From NCBI GenBank assembly GCA_017511045.1, contig JAFWLM010000015.1, positions 77,707 through 141,706 on the forward strand: a DNA stretch of 64,000 bases. The letters are read 5' to 3'. Both the position numbers and the translations under genes were made by a program. The notes under the pieces were generated by a model. It was given only the letters and a program-made list of their open reading frames with translations, made no database searches and was not told where the DNA came from. This document shows, piece by piece, positions 19,644-28,367 of the stretch. The stretch's first letter is position 1. The number at the start of each line of letters is the position of its first letter. The DNA is from Lachnospiraceae bacterium. Its GTDB lineage: Bacteria; Bacillota; Clostridia; Lachnospirales; Lachnospiraceae.

Positions 19644-20333
19644 ATGACAAGTAACATTTTCAGCAGCATTTTTGACGCAACCACATCCGTAATATCAGTT
19701 CCGAACTTTCTGATCTGTATGGCATGTTCACTGGTTGCCGGAATCATATTGGCACTCGGATACGTATTCCGTTCCAGATACACAAAAAGTTTTGTACTGA
19801 CACTTGCACTACTACCGGTCGTTGTCTGCGTGGTCATCATGATGGTCAACGGTAACATCGGAGCCGGTGTTGCAGTTGCAGGCGCATTCAGCCTGGTCCG
19901 CTTCCGTTCCGCCCCGGGAACCGCAAAAGATATCACCATGCTCTTCCTTGCAATGGGCGCCGGTCTTTTAACCGGAATGGGATATCTTGCATACGGCATT
20001 CTGTTTGCAGTGATCATGTGCATTCTTATGATCATCCTGAACCTGATCGGATTTGGCTCCCGGGCAACTGCAAAATACCGGACCATGAGGATCTCCGTAC
20101 CGGAAGACCTTGATTACTCCGGAATGTTTGATGATCTTTTTGAGCAGTATACGACCCAGCATGAACTTGTAAAAGTGAAAACTGCTGACATGGGAAGCGT
20201 GTTCCGTCTGACCTACAATTTAAAAATGAAAGACAGTTCAAGAGAAAAAGAGTTCATCGACCAGCTGCGCTGCAGAAACGGAAACCTTGAAATCGCGATC
20301 AGTAACGAAGACGTTGCCGCTGCTGGATTATAA
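19644..20333 (+). CDS. DUF4956-family membrane protein
   Basis: Three or four TM helices followed by a soluble C-terminal domain. This is the usual partner of bacterial VTC-domain genes. Confidence 0.6.
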   Translation: MTSNIFSSIFDATTSVISVPNFLICMACSLVAGIILALGYVFRSRYTKSFVLTLALLPVVVCVVIMMVNGNIGAGVAVAGAFSLVRFRSAPGTAKDITMLFLAMGAGLLTGMGYLAYGILFAVIMCILMIILNLIGFGSRATAKYRTMRISVPEDLDYSGMFDDLFEQYTTQHELVKVKTADMGSVFRLTYNLKMKDSSREKEFIDQLRCRNGNLEIAISNEDVAAAGL

Positions 20334-20410
20334 AGCAGACCGCAGATTACGTATTGAAAAAACGGCGGCAGTATCTACGCAGCTGCCGTCTCTATTTAAC
20401 AGGAGGAAAT

Positions 20411-21346
20411 ATGTTTAAGAAAAACACGATCATCATTACAATCTTTTCCATCCTGCTTTTGGTATTCACTACCTATGTTTTAGCTGACAGCTTTTTGATC
20501 ACCAGGGTTTATTCCCAGGTCGAATACGAGACCGCAAATGAAACGACTTCTACTTTGACCGATCCAGAGGAAGATCAGTCTGAAAAGGACAGTGGAAATG
20601 AAACCGGTGAACCGGTGACCACAGAGAGCAGCTATCAGGATGATAATATACAGATCACTATTAAAGAATATGAGACCAATGATACAACCGTCTATGTCGC
20701 CGACATACAACTAAGTGACGCCAGCTATCTGCAGACAGCCCTCGCGCAGGGACTGTACGGAAAAAATGTAACTGCGGAAACATCAGAGACCGCTGAAAGT
20801 GTCGGTGCGATCCTGGCAATTAACGGGGACTACTACGGTTCACAGGAGCGGGGCTATGTTCTCAGAAACGGCGTATTATACCGCAGCTCAGCAGAATCCG
20901 GTCAGGAAGATCTGGTGATCTACGAGGATGGCTCCTTTGAGATCATAAATGAAAGTGAGATCTCTGCAGAAGAGCTGCTGGCAAACGGAGCAGTTCAGAT
21001 CCTTTCCTTCGGCCCGGCTTTGATTGAAAACAGCAGCATTGCTGTATCGGAAGACGAGGAGGTCGGAAAGGCAAAAGCCAGCAATCCCCGAACTGCGGTC
21101 GGCATCATTGACGAATTGCATTATGTGTTCGTTGTATCTGATGGAAGAACCGATGAGAGCGAAGGCCTCTCCCTTTATGAACTTGCAGAGTTTATGGAAA
21201 GCCTCGGAGTTACCACTGCTTATAACTTAGATGGCGGTGGATCATCCACAATGTATTTTAACGGCCGGATCGTTAATAACCCGACAACGACCGGAAACAG
21301 TATTAAGGAACGGGAGGTGAGTGACATTGTATACATCGGTTATTAA
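20411..21346 (+). CDS. phosphodiester glycosidase (DUF2233 / NAGPA-like) family protein, membrane-anchored
   Basis: N-terminal TM anchor and the C-terminal motifs AINGDYYG, RTAVGI and NLDGGGSSTM. Start at ATG 20411 after AGGAGG. Confidence 0.65.
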   Translation: MFKKNTIIITIFSILLLVFTTYVLADSFLITRVYSQVEYETANETTSTLTDPEEDQSEKDSGNETGEPVTTESSYQDDNIQITIKEYETNDTTVYVADIQLSDASYLQTALAQGLYGKNVTAETSETAESVGAILAINGDYYGSQERGYVLRNGVLYRSSAESGQEDLVIYEDGSFEIINESEISAEELLANGAVQILSFGPALIENSSIAVSEDEEVGKAKASNPRTAVGIIDELHYVFVVSDGRTDESEGLSLYELAEFMESLGVTTAYNLDGGGSSTMYFNGRIVNNPTTTGNSIKEREVSDIVYIGY

Positions 21347-21785
21347 AGCAAACAAAAGGAACGCCCGGAGAACAGCACTGATCTATCTTCTCACCTCCAT
21401 CTTCTGTGCAGTGTTTGGAGTCATTTATGAGATATTCAGTCACGGCGTGTATTCCGCTTTTATGCTCTTTGCGTTTGCCTTTCCGCTTGTTGGAGGTGCG
21501 CTCCCTTTTTTCTTACTATATTTAGCGGAGCGCAGCAGAGCAAAGACGGAAAGACGCAGGCCCTATTCCGGCTTATATCCGGCAATTCCGGCCAGAAGCT
21601 TCTACCACTGTGGAATCATCACCCTTACGCTTGGCAGCATCATGAACGGAATACTGGATATCTACGGAACAACAAACAGATTGCTTGTGATCTACTGGTT
21701 TTTAGGAGCTGTGCTTCTTCTTACGGCAATCAGTATTCATTTGCTCTCCCTGCTGCTTGGCAAGCGATGTCGTCTTTATCGTTGA
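21321..21785 (+). CDS. hypothetical integral membrane protein
   Basis: Four predicted TM helices. The start is uncertain (GTG 21321 or TTG 21327), and it overlaps the end of the preceding gene. Confidence 0.4.
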   Translation: MTLYTSVIKANKRNARRTALIYLLTSIFCAVFGVIYEIFSHGVYSAFMLFAFAFPLVGGALPFFLLYLAERSRAKTERRRPYSGLYPAIPARSFYHCGIITLTLGSIMNGILDIYGTTNRLLVIYWFLGAVLLLTAISIHLLSLLLGKRCRLYR

Positions 21786-21836
21786 CATAAAAACAAGATT
21801 GTTATATAAGCCCCTTGTCCGCCAAAACGGACAGAA

Positions 21837-21877
21837 CAAAGCCCGGAAAATCCTACAGATTTCCGGGCTTTGTTTTT
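21837..21877 (+). terminator. intrinsic terminator between convergent genes
   Basis: CAAAGCCCGGAAA ... TTTCCGGGCTTTG followed by TTTTT. Confidence 0.65.
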
Positions 21878-21906
21878 CAGCAATATATCAAAGAAATGAA
21901 AAAGAA

Positions 21907-22665
21907 CTACAAAATGTTTTCAAACTTTTCAAGAAGCATCTGACGTGTCAGGGACTTCTTTTCTTCTCCGCAGACATCATAGCAGATCGTACCCTCATTC
22001 ATCATGATCAGGCGGTCGCCATGATTAATTGCGTCCTGCATGTTATGCGTGATCATCAGCGTTGTCAGATTGTTGTTTGCAACGATCTGGTCTGAGATCT
22101 CAAGCACCTTCTTTGCAGTCGCAGGATCGAGGGCTGCGGTATGCTCATCTAAAAGAAGCAGTTTCGGTTTCTGAAGAGCTGCCATCAAAAGCGTTAACGC
22201 CTGTCGCTGTCCTCCGGAGAGAAGGCCGACCTTTGTCGTCATACGATCTTCAAGGCCCAATCCCAGAATCGCCAGTTTTTCCCGGAACTCTTCTTTTTCC
22301 GCTTTGGTAACGCCCCACTTCAGAGTACGTTTTTGTCCTCTGCGTTTGGCAAGTGCAAGATTCTCTTCGATCTGCATGCTGGCTGCCGTTCCCATCATCG
22401 GGTCCTGGAACACGCGGCCGATATAAGGTGCTCTTTTATATTCCGGAAGGCCGGTAATGTTTTCACCATCCAGGATAACTGCTCCGTCATCGATCGGCCA
22501 GAGTCCCGCGATAGCATTTAAGATCGTGGATTTTCCGGCACCGTTTCCACCGATAACAGTTACAAATTCACCCGGCTTGATATGAAGACTCACATCGATC
22601 AGCGCTTTCCGTTCATTGATTGTTCCCGGATTGAAGGTTTTAGAAACATGCTCTACGTATAACAT
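21907..22665 (-). CDS. ABC transporter ATP-binding protein (partner of the ABC_sub_bind system)
   Basis: Walker A GGNGAGKST, signature LSGGQRQALTL, Walker B LLLDEHTAALD. Confidence 0.9.
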   Translation of the reverse strand: MLYVEHVSKTFNPGTINERKALIDVSLHIKPGEFVTVIGGNGAGKSTILNAIAGLWPIDDGAVILDGENITGLPEYKRAPYIGRVFQDPMMGTAASMQIEENLALAKRRGQKRTLKWGVTKAEKEEFREKLAILGLGLEDRMTTKVGLLSGGQRQALTLLMAALQKPKLLLLDEHTAALDPATAKKVLEISDQIVANNNLTTLMITHNMQDAINHGDRLIMMNEGTICYDVCGEEKKSLTRQMLLEKFENIL

Positions 22666-23654
22666 TACTGTACCTCCTTTCCGCTCTTAAAACTGTTCTT
22701 AACCGCTTCCACATACGGCAGGCTTCGTTTCCCTGCCCAGCTGAAAGAGTTTTTCGCTTTGCCCCGGAAATAAGGAACAGCAAGGAAGATCGTAACGATC
22801 AACGCAGTAAACAGCTTCAGATCATTCGGATCAAGTTTCAGCCAGAGAACGATGATCATGACCAGATAGTAGATGATGCCGCCTAGTACGACAAAGGCCA
22901 TCCTGATCCAGAAAGTACATCCCTTCTTGAAGATCGCATCACATAAGATCTCGCCGATAATAATTGCTGCAAGACCGATAACGATCGCGCCACGGCCCAT
23001 ATTGACATCAGAGAATCCCTGATACTGAGCCATCAGACCGCCTGCAAAGGCAACGACTCCGTTGGAGATCGCAAGACCGATGATCTTCATATTAGAAGTA
23101 TTGATGCCGAGCGCCGTGCTCATTTCGCCGTTATTACCTGTTGCACGAAGCGCAGACCCCTGTTCTGTACCGAAATACCAGTACAGGATCGCAATAATGA
23201 TCGCCGCAAAGATCACACCTTCCAAGATTGCGATCGGGATGTTCCGCATACTGATCACCAGCTTGTACATCGCCGGATTGATCGACTGGTTTGCAGCCAT
23301 GCCCATGATCCGCAAGTTAATGGAATACAGCGCAAACTGCGTTAAGATTCCGGCAAGGATCGCCGGGATTCCGAGTTTCGCATGCAGGAGTCCGGTAATG
23401 ATTCCCGCGATGATCCCCGCAAGCAGCGCGCAGATCGTAGCCACCCAGGTCGGAACGCCGGCCAAAGACAGCATAACAGCGACCGCACCTCCGGTCGCAA
23501 AACTTCCATCAACAGATAAGTCGGCAATATCAAGCACCCGGAAGGTAATAAAGACCCCGAGTGCCATAATGCCCCAGATGAGTCCCTGGGAAATACCGCC
23601 AGGGACTCGTCCGATTAAATTCACAAAACTTAAACCTGCAAGTAACATATTCAT
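22665..23654 (-). CDS. ABC transporter permease
   Basis: 329 aa polytopic membrane protein. Its stop overlaps the ATPase start by 1 nt. Confidence 0.85.
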   Translation of the reverse strand: MNMLLAGLSFVNLIGRVPGGISQGLIWGIMALGVFITFRVLDIADLSVDGSFATGGAVAVMLSLAGVPTWVATICALLAGIIAGIITGLLHAKLGIPAILAGILTQFALYSINLRIMGMAANQSINPAMYKLVISMRNIPIAILEGVIFAAIIIAILYWYFGTEQGSALRATGNNGEMSTALGINTSNMKIIGLAISNGVVAFAGGLMAQYQGFSDVNMGRGAIVIGLAAIIIGEILCDAIFKKGCTFWIRMAFVVLGGIIYYLVMIIVLWLKLDPNDLKLFTALIVTIFLAVPYFRGKAKNSFSWAGKRSLPYVEAVKNSFKSGKEVQ

Positions 23655-23678
23655 GATAATAATACCTGGTTTTCTTTA

Positions 23679-24701
23679 TTATTCTTCTGTTTCAATAGCA
23701 ACATAGTCATCCGGAATTGTCAGTCCGTAGAACTCTGCGTTAGCAGTATTGACTTTCTTTGTTGTGTTAGGGAAGTATTCGATCGGCATTGTGCTGATAT
23801 CTGCTTCGCCTTTCAGGATCTTAGCTGCCATCTGTCCGGTGATCCGGCCAAGTTCATAATAATCAATGGTCAGAGTAACGATTCCACATCCTGTGCAAAG
23901 GCCTTCTTCACCTGCTACGATCGGAGTTTTAGCCTGCTTAGCAACTGCGTCGATAGCATCTGTGCAGCTTGCTGCGGTATTGTCGGTCGGGATGTAAAGA
24001 ACATCGTTTCCGTCACATGCTTCCTGGGTAACCAGTGAAACATCATTGGAATCTGAGAATGTGTATCTGTTAACGGTCATTCCCATATCTGTCAGATATT
24101 TTTCCATCTCATCTGCCTGATATACAGAGTTTGCTTCACTGGAGCAGTACATGATACCTACTGTTTTTGCATCCGGGAAGATCTCCTTAACCATTGCTGC
24201 CTGCTGATCCAGCGGTGCAAGGTCGGATGTTCCGGAAATGTTTCCGCCGACTGTTCCGTCAAAATTATCAATGTTCAGAGCAGCTCCGTATGTGGAGATG
24301 GATGTTCCGAGGATCGGAATTGTTGCAGTAGAAGCTGCAGCTGCCTGAAGTGCCGGAGTTGCATTTGCCATGATGAGGTCAACGTTGTCAGATGCAAAAC
24401 CATTGCAGATCGTTGCACAGGTTGCGCTGTCGCCGGATGCGTTCTGCTCATCAAATTCCACTACGCCTTCACCCATTTCCTCAGTAAGTGCATCACGGAA
24501 TCCCTGAGTTGCGCTGTCAAGTGCCGGGTGCTGTACCAGCTGGCAGATACCGACCGTAAAGGTCTGTCCTGCTGCGCCGGAATCTGCTGCGCTTCCTGCA
24601 GGAGCGTCAGATCCGCCGGAGCTTCCGCAAGCAGCAAGTGCACCGACGATAAGGGCACAAGTTGCAAGTAATGCCATCAGTTTCATCATTTTCTTCTTCA
24701 T
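23679..24701 (-). CDS. ABC transporter substrate-binding lipoprotein, ABC_sub_bind family
   Basis: Lipobox LAACGSSGG. FTVGICQLVQHPALD ... is typical of the ABC_sub_bind (COG2984-like) family. AGGAGG SD. Confidence 0.8.
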   Translation of the reverse strand: MKKKMMKLMALLATCALIVGALAACGSSGGSDAPAGSAADSGAAGQTFTVGICQLVQHPALDSATQGFRDALTEEMGEGVVEFDEQNASGDSATCATICNGFASDNVDLIMANATPALQAAAASTATIPILGTSISTYGAALNIDNFDGTVGGNISGTSDLAPLDQQAAMVKEIFPDAKTVGIMYCSSEANSVYQADEMEKYLTDMGMTVNRYTFSDSNDVSLVTQEACDGNDVLYIPTDNTAASCTDAIDAVAKQAKTPIVAGEEGLCTGCGIVTLTIDYYELGRITGQMAAKILKGEADISTMPIEYFPNTTKKVNTANAEFYGLTIPDDYVAIETEE

Positions 24702-24785
24702 TGGTTTTCCTCCTGTTTGAACAGCTTCTGTTCTTTTTTTGAAATGTATATAAAGACTACCGATACCGGACCGTCCTTATTGCAA

Positions 24786-24815
24786 TGAAAAAGGCTGCAC
24801 GTTGTTCGTGCAGCC
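24786..24815 (-). terminator. attenuator terminator in the leader of the ABC_sub_bind operon
   Basis: Minus strand GGCUGCACG-AACAA-CGUGCAGCC followed by UUUUU, 85 nt upstream of the SBP start codon. Confidence 0.65.
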
Positions 24816-24840
24816 TGCAAAGTCATTCTACTTAGCACAA

Positions 24841-24930
24841 TTACGCATGGCACAAACAACGATCTCCCTTGGAGCCGCTAAAATAAAACCAATATGCGTA
24901 ATAAAAGTTATTTAAGTTTTTTGCCTTCAT
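24841..24930 (-). CDS. candidate attenuation leader peptide MKAKNLNNFYYAYWFYFSGSKGDRCLCHA
   Basis: Own translation: 29 codons, with 8 of 9 consecutive residues aromatic. The ATG lies 8 nt after a -10 hexamer, so the message would be leaderless or nearly so. The ORF overlaps the alternative RNA pairings. Confidence 0.5.
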   Translation of the reverse strand: MKAKNLNNFYYAYWFYFSGSKGDRCLCHA

Positions 24931-24938
24931 AGTTCGGT

Positions 24939-24967
24939 AGTTTAACGCTTTAAAGTGTAAATGTCAA
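24939..24967 (-). promoter_or_regulatory. promoter TTGACA-17 nt-TAAACT driving the leader
   Basis: On the minus strand the -35 TTGACA is at 24967-24962, the spacer is 17 nt, and the -10 TAAACT is at 24944-24939. Confidence 0.55.
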
Positions 24968-25018
24968 CACTGAATTCCTAAAATGTTGTTTTTTTGACTT
25001 CGTTCGCACCCTTTATTT

Positions 25019-25768
25019 CTAGTTTTCCCCCAAAAAATCTGCAATCGTCTTTACAGCAATATCGGAATCCTCTGTCCAAAGGTGATCAGCGTTTGGAGCG
25101 GAAACCGTCTTGAGATTATTGATGTAGTTTTTATAGTCCAGCGTCATCTCCCTCGGAACATATTCATCCTTTTCACCGTAGACAAGCAATGTTTCCCGGT
25201 CATAATCTTTCAGATGTTCATAAACTTCGACCTTCTGCGCGCTCAGGAAATATGGCCTTCCAATGTGGAACAGCTCTGTCTCCATGAGTTCCGGAGGATC
25301 TGCAGGGTCATAAAGATTGCCAAAGAAAAAGCCGCTCTCAGCCCTCATCCGGATATCTGCAGCCGGAGATAAGAGTACCAGTTTTTCGATCCGGTCTCTG
25401 TGGTCTACTGCCAGATGGCTGGCAATGATACCGCCTAAGGAATACCCGATCAGATAGATTCTGCTGACAAAGTCCAGTGATATGGCATATTGATAAAACG
25501 CCTCCGCATCGGCTCTTAATCCTTCCACCGTCATATCAGCCATATCGCCTTCACTTCTTCCATGGCAGCTGAAGTCAAAACGGAGGGTTGCGATCCCCTG
25601 ATCCCAAAGAGCTCTCGTCAGATCATAAAATGGATGCTGGCGGCTGTTGGTATTAAAGCCATGCATAATAATTGCCAGCGGGATCTTTTCTCCTTCTTTG
25701 ATCTCCGGGGTTTCCAGCAGCCCGTATAATGTCAGATTGTCGCGTTTTAAACTTAGTTTTTCTTTCAT
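25019..25768 (-). CDS. alpha/beta hydrolase
   Basis: Nucleophile elbow GYSLGG and a C-terminal His region. Confidence 0.75.
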   Translation of the reverse strand: MKEKLSLKRDNLTLYGLLETPEIKEGEKIPLAIIMHGFNTNSRQHPFYDLTRALWDQGIATLRFDFSCHGRSEGDMADMTVEGLRADAEAFYQYAISLDFVSRIYLIGYSLGGIIASHLAVDHRDRIEKLVLLSPAADIRMRAESGFFFGNLYDPADPPELMETELFHIGRPYFLSAQKVEVYEHLKDYDRETLLVYGEKDEYVPREMTLDYKNYINNLKTVSAPNADHLWTEDSDIAVKTIADFLGEN

Positions 25769-25837
25769 GTTTCTGTCCTGTAAAAAATGTTTCTTACTAT
25801 ATAAATACTAATGATCTGTGCAGTCAGGTCCCGTCCT

Positions 25838-26725
25838 TCAGTTTGCCGATGCCAGATATGCCTTCATGTGATTTAATACGTGCTTCTTATCAGCGCTCCA
25901 CATCGGCGCAACAAGGATCTTCTTATCCCCATCCCCGGTCAGGCGATGGATCACGATATCCTTTGGAATGTGTTTCAAAAGATCCGCAACGAGTTCAATA
26001 TACTCCTCTTCTTCTATGACCGGAACTTTTCCGGCCAGATATTCTTTTTCCAGATCAGTGCCTTTCAATATATGAAGCAGCTGGAGTTTGATTCCTGTCG
26101 CGCCACTTTTGCAGACATAATCCACTGTTGCTTCCATATCTGCTTTTGTCTCTCCCGGAAGACCCAGGATCACGTGTGTGATAACTTCAATATTTCGATC
26201 CCGCAGTTTCTTCACCGCTTCGTCATAGACCTCAAGCGGATACCCTCTTCGGATATACTCCGCCGATCTCTCATGGATCGTCTGAAGTCCCAGTTCCACC
26301 CAAACCGGCTTTATCCGGTTCAGCCCGTCCAAAAGTTGAAGGACTTCCCCAGGAAGACAGTCAGGCCGTGTTGCAAGGGAGAGCGCCACAATATCGGGAT
26401 GATTCACCGCCTGCATGTAAAGACTTCTCAGTTTTTCCACTGGGGCATAAGTGTTCGTGTATGCCTGAAAATACGCAATGTACTTTCCGTCTTTGATTTT
26501 TGATGCGACCAGCTGTTTTCCTTCCTCGATCTGTTCCGTAATACTTTTTCCGGGATCACCGGCAAACTCGCCGCTGCCGCCTGCAGAACAAAAAACACAG
26601 CCCCTCGTATCGATCTTGCCGTCCCTGTTCGGGCAGGTAAAACCGCCGTTTACTGCAATCTTATAAACCTTACATCCAAAGGTATCTTTCAAATATTGAT
26701 TTAAAGAATAATAATGAATGCCCAT
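25838..26725 (-). CDS. radical SAM protein, TIGR01212 (YhcC-like) family
   Basis: FTCPNRDGKIDTRGCVFCS cluster motif and family-typical length. Start set at MGIHYYSL. Confidence 0.8.
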   Translation of the reverse strand: MGIHYYSLNQYLKDTFGCKVYKIAVNGGFTCPNRDGKIDTRGCVFCSAGGSGEFAGDPGKSITEQIEEGKQLVASKIKDGKYIAYFQAYTNTYAPVEKLRSLYMQAVNHPDIVALSLATRPDCLPGEVLQLLDGLNRIKPVWVELGLQTIHERSAEYIRRGYPLEVYDEAVKKLRDRNIEVITHVILGLPGETKADMEATVDYVCKSGATGIKLQLLHILKGTDLEKEYLAGKVPVIEEEEYIELVADLLKHIPKDIVIHRLTGDGDKKILVAPMWSADKKHVLNHMKAYLASAN

Positions 26726-26827
26726 GATTATTTGCTCCGAAACGAGTCTACGGGCATGGAAAAGAAAAGTCAAGATAATACAGCAGTCACAAGATGCGTC
26801 ACAAAAACGCCTTTTGAGGGGTAATAG

Positions 26828-27007
26828 TTAACTGGCAGTGAATATTTCCCGCTGAATGAATCCCAGCGTCCGCATCCGATACATCGGATCAGCTTCCCAC
26901 GAAGGATCCTTCATCAATTCATCGATGATCTCCGTCACCGTGTATTCGTCTTGTTGAATGTTATCTATTTCCTGTTTCTGATTATTATTGATTTGTTTCT
27001 CACTCAT
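26828..27007 (-). CDS. small hypothetical protein (59 aa)
   Basis: GGAGG lies 6 nt before ATG 27007. The gene sits directly downstream of the URO-D-family gene. No recognisable domain. Confidence 0.4.
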   Translation of the reverse strand: MSEKQINNNQKQEIDNIQQDEYTVTEIIDELMKDPSWEADPMYRMRTLGFIQREIFTAS

Positions 27008-27047
27008 TATCGACCTCCGTTCTATTAGCAGGAATAACTTGCCCGAA

Positions 27048-28319
27048 TCATTTTTTCGTGCCGTATTCATTCACAAAGTTCAACACTTCCATTGCGACTT
27101 CCGGCTCCACATCCGTCGGAAAGCCACACGGAACATTGAACAGAAAACCGCCACCCGGAGCGCATTCATCGATGATCTTTTTGACACGGTCAAAAACTTT
27201 ATCTTTATGATAATGGAAAAGCTGTGCCGGTATTAACCCGCCATATACAGTCTGTGATCCTGCAAGATGTTTTTTTGCTTCGACGGGATCATCCAGATCC
27301 ATCTGGATAATGATCGTCCCGGTCGGAAATTCCTTAAACCGGTCTATGATATGTAAAAAGGCACCTTCTCCTTTTATGAAGATCTTTAGCCCTTTCTCAG
27401 CATACGGAAGCATCTGTCTCTTAAACTCCCGGAACCAGTATTTGTCATATTGTTCCGGATTCAAAAAAGCGGCAATGTGATAGACGCCTGCGCCAAATGG
27501 AAGCGGAGCCTGCGTATAATCAAAATCGAGTGGCATCGGCGGCATCGGATCCGGCTGATTTAAAATCGTCTCGCAGGCTTTTTCCAACACCTCTTCGTTA
27601 TTCATAAGATCCTCAAAGGTATCCATCATTCCGCGGTAGCTGTCAAAGAGCAGATCGATCGGCGCATAAAACATTTTTGTAAAGGGGCGGAAATTATAGG
27701 CTTCCTTCACACTGGCATAGCCCTGTGCCCGAACCCTTGCTTCATCCTCCTCCGTCGGGATCGGAGCCGGAACCGCAACCGGAACGATCTGATGTTCAAA
27801 GACTGCTTTTCTGGAAGCGATATCAAGCATCTTCTCATGACGGACAATGCATTCCGCTGATTTCTTCATCATCTCATAGGCTTCCCTTTTCGACTTTTTA
27901 AAAGCCGGAACTGTTTTTTTCGGAAAGTATTCATTTGCAAAATAGGAGTAATCATTGATCAGTATCTCGTACTCTTCATCTGTAATAAAATGCTGATTCG
28001 CCTGATTGTGCTGGACCGTGGTATTGTCTGTGTGCAGTTTATAGCCCTCTGATCCTACGGCAAGAAATGCGTCATAAGGAACATAGTTGCCTGCACCCAG
28101 CGCAAAGTCATACTCGTAATCCGCCATATATCTGCAATATGCTTCCGCATTCTTTACCGGATCATCGATCACATCCTTTAAAGTGGTTCCTGCATACCGG
28201 TACGGCCAGGTCAAGACTTCAAGACTCACTGGGATCTTTTCCGGTTCCCGCATCGATGTCGCATCGAGCAGATTCTTTGCTCTCCACCTGAATAATTCAA
28301 CTCCCTTTCGATTGCTCAT
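27048..28319 (-). CDS. uroporphyrinogen decarboxylase (URO-D) family protein, divergent
   Basis: 423 aa TIM-barrel-like protein with general resemblance to the URO-D/MtaA-CmuA superfamily. The call is weaker than for its neighbour. Confidence 0.5.
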   Translation of the reverse strand: MSNRKGVELFRWRAKNLLDATSMREPEKIPVSLEVLTWPYRYAGTTLKDVIDDPVKNAEAYCRYMADYEYDFALGAGNYVPYDAFLAVGSEGYKLHTDNTTVQHNQANQHFITDEEYEILINDYSYFANEYFPKKTVPAFKKSKREAYEMMKKSAECIVRHEKMLDIASRKAVFEHQIVPVAVPAPIPTEEDEARVRAQGYASVKEAYNFRPFTKMFYAPIDLLFDSYRGMMDTFEDLMNNEEVLEKACETILNQPDPMPPMPLDFDYTQAPLPFGAGVYHIAAFLNPEQYDKYWFREFKRQMLPYAEKGLKIFIKGEGAFLHIIDRFKEFPTGTIIIQMDLDDPVEAKKHLAGSQTVYGGLIPAQLFHYHKDKVFDRVKKIIDECAPGGGFLFNVPCGFPTDVEPEVAMEVLNFVNEYGTKK

Positions 28320-28367
28320 CTTTTCATTTTCCTTTTTAATATTTCAAAATACTTAATCAGTTCGTAC

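Noticed and set aside
19625-20086. 153 aa minus-strand ORF
   Set aside because: It is antisense to the DUF4956 membrane protein gene, which has an SD and operon context.
24840-24902. Interpreting the ABC_sub_bind leader as a small-molecule riboswitch closed by the 9 bp helix AUUACGCAU/AUGCGUAAU
   Set aside because: The enclosed sequence matches no aptamer consensus I know (purine, preQ1, ZTP, guanidine, SAM, THF). The same helix is explained by the 1:2 pairing of a leader-peptide attenuator, whose ORF spans it exactly. A riboswitch cannot be fully excluded without a covariance search.
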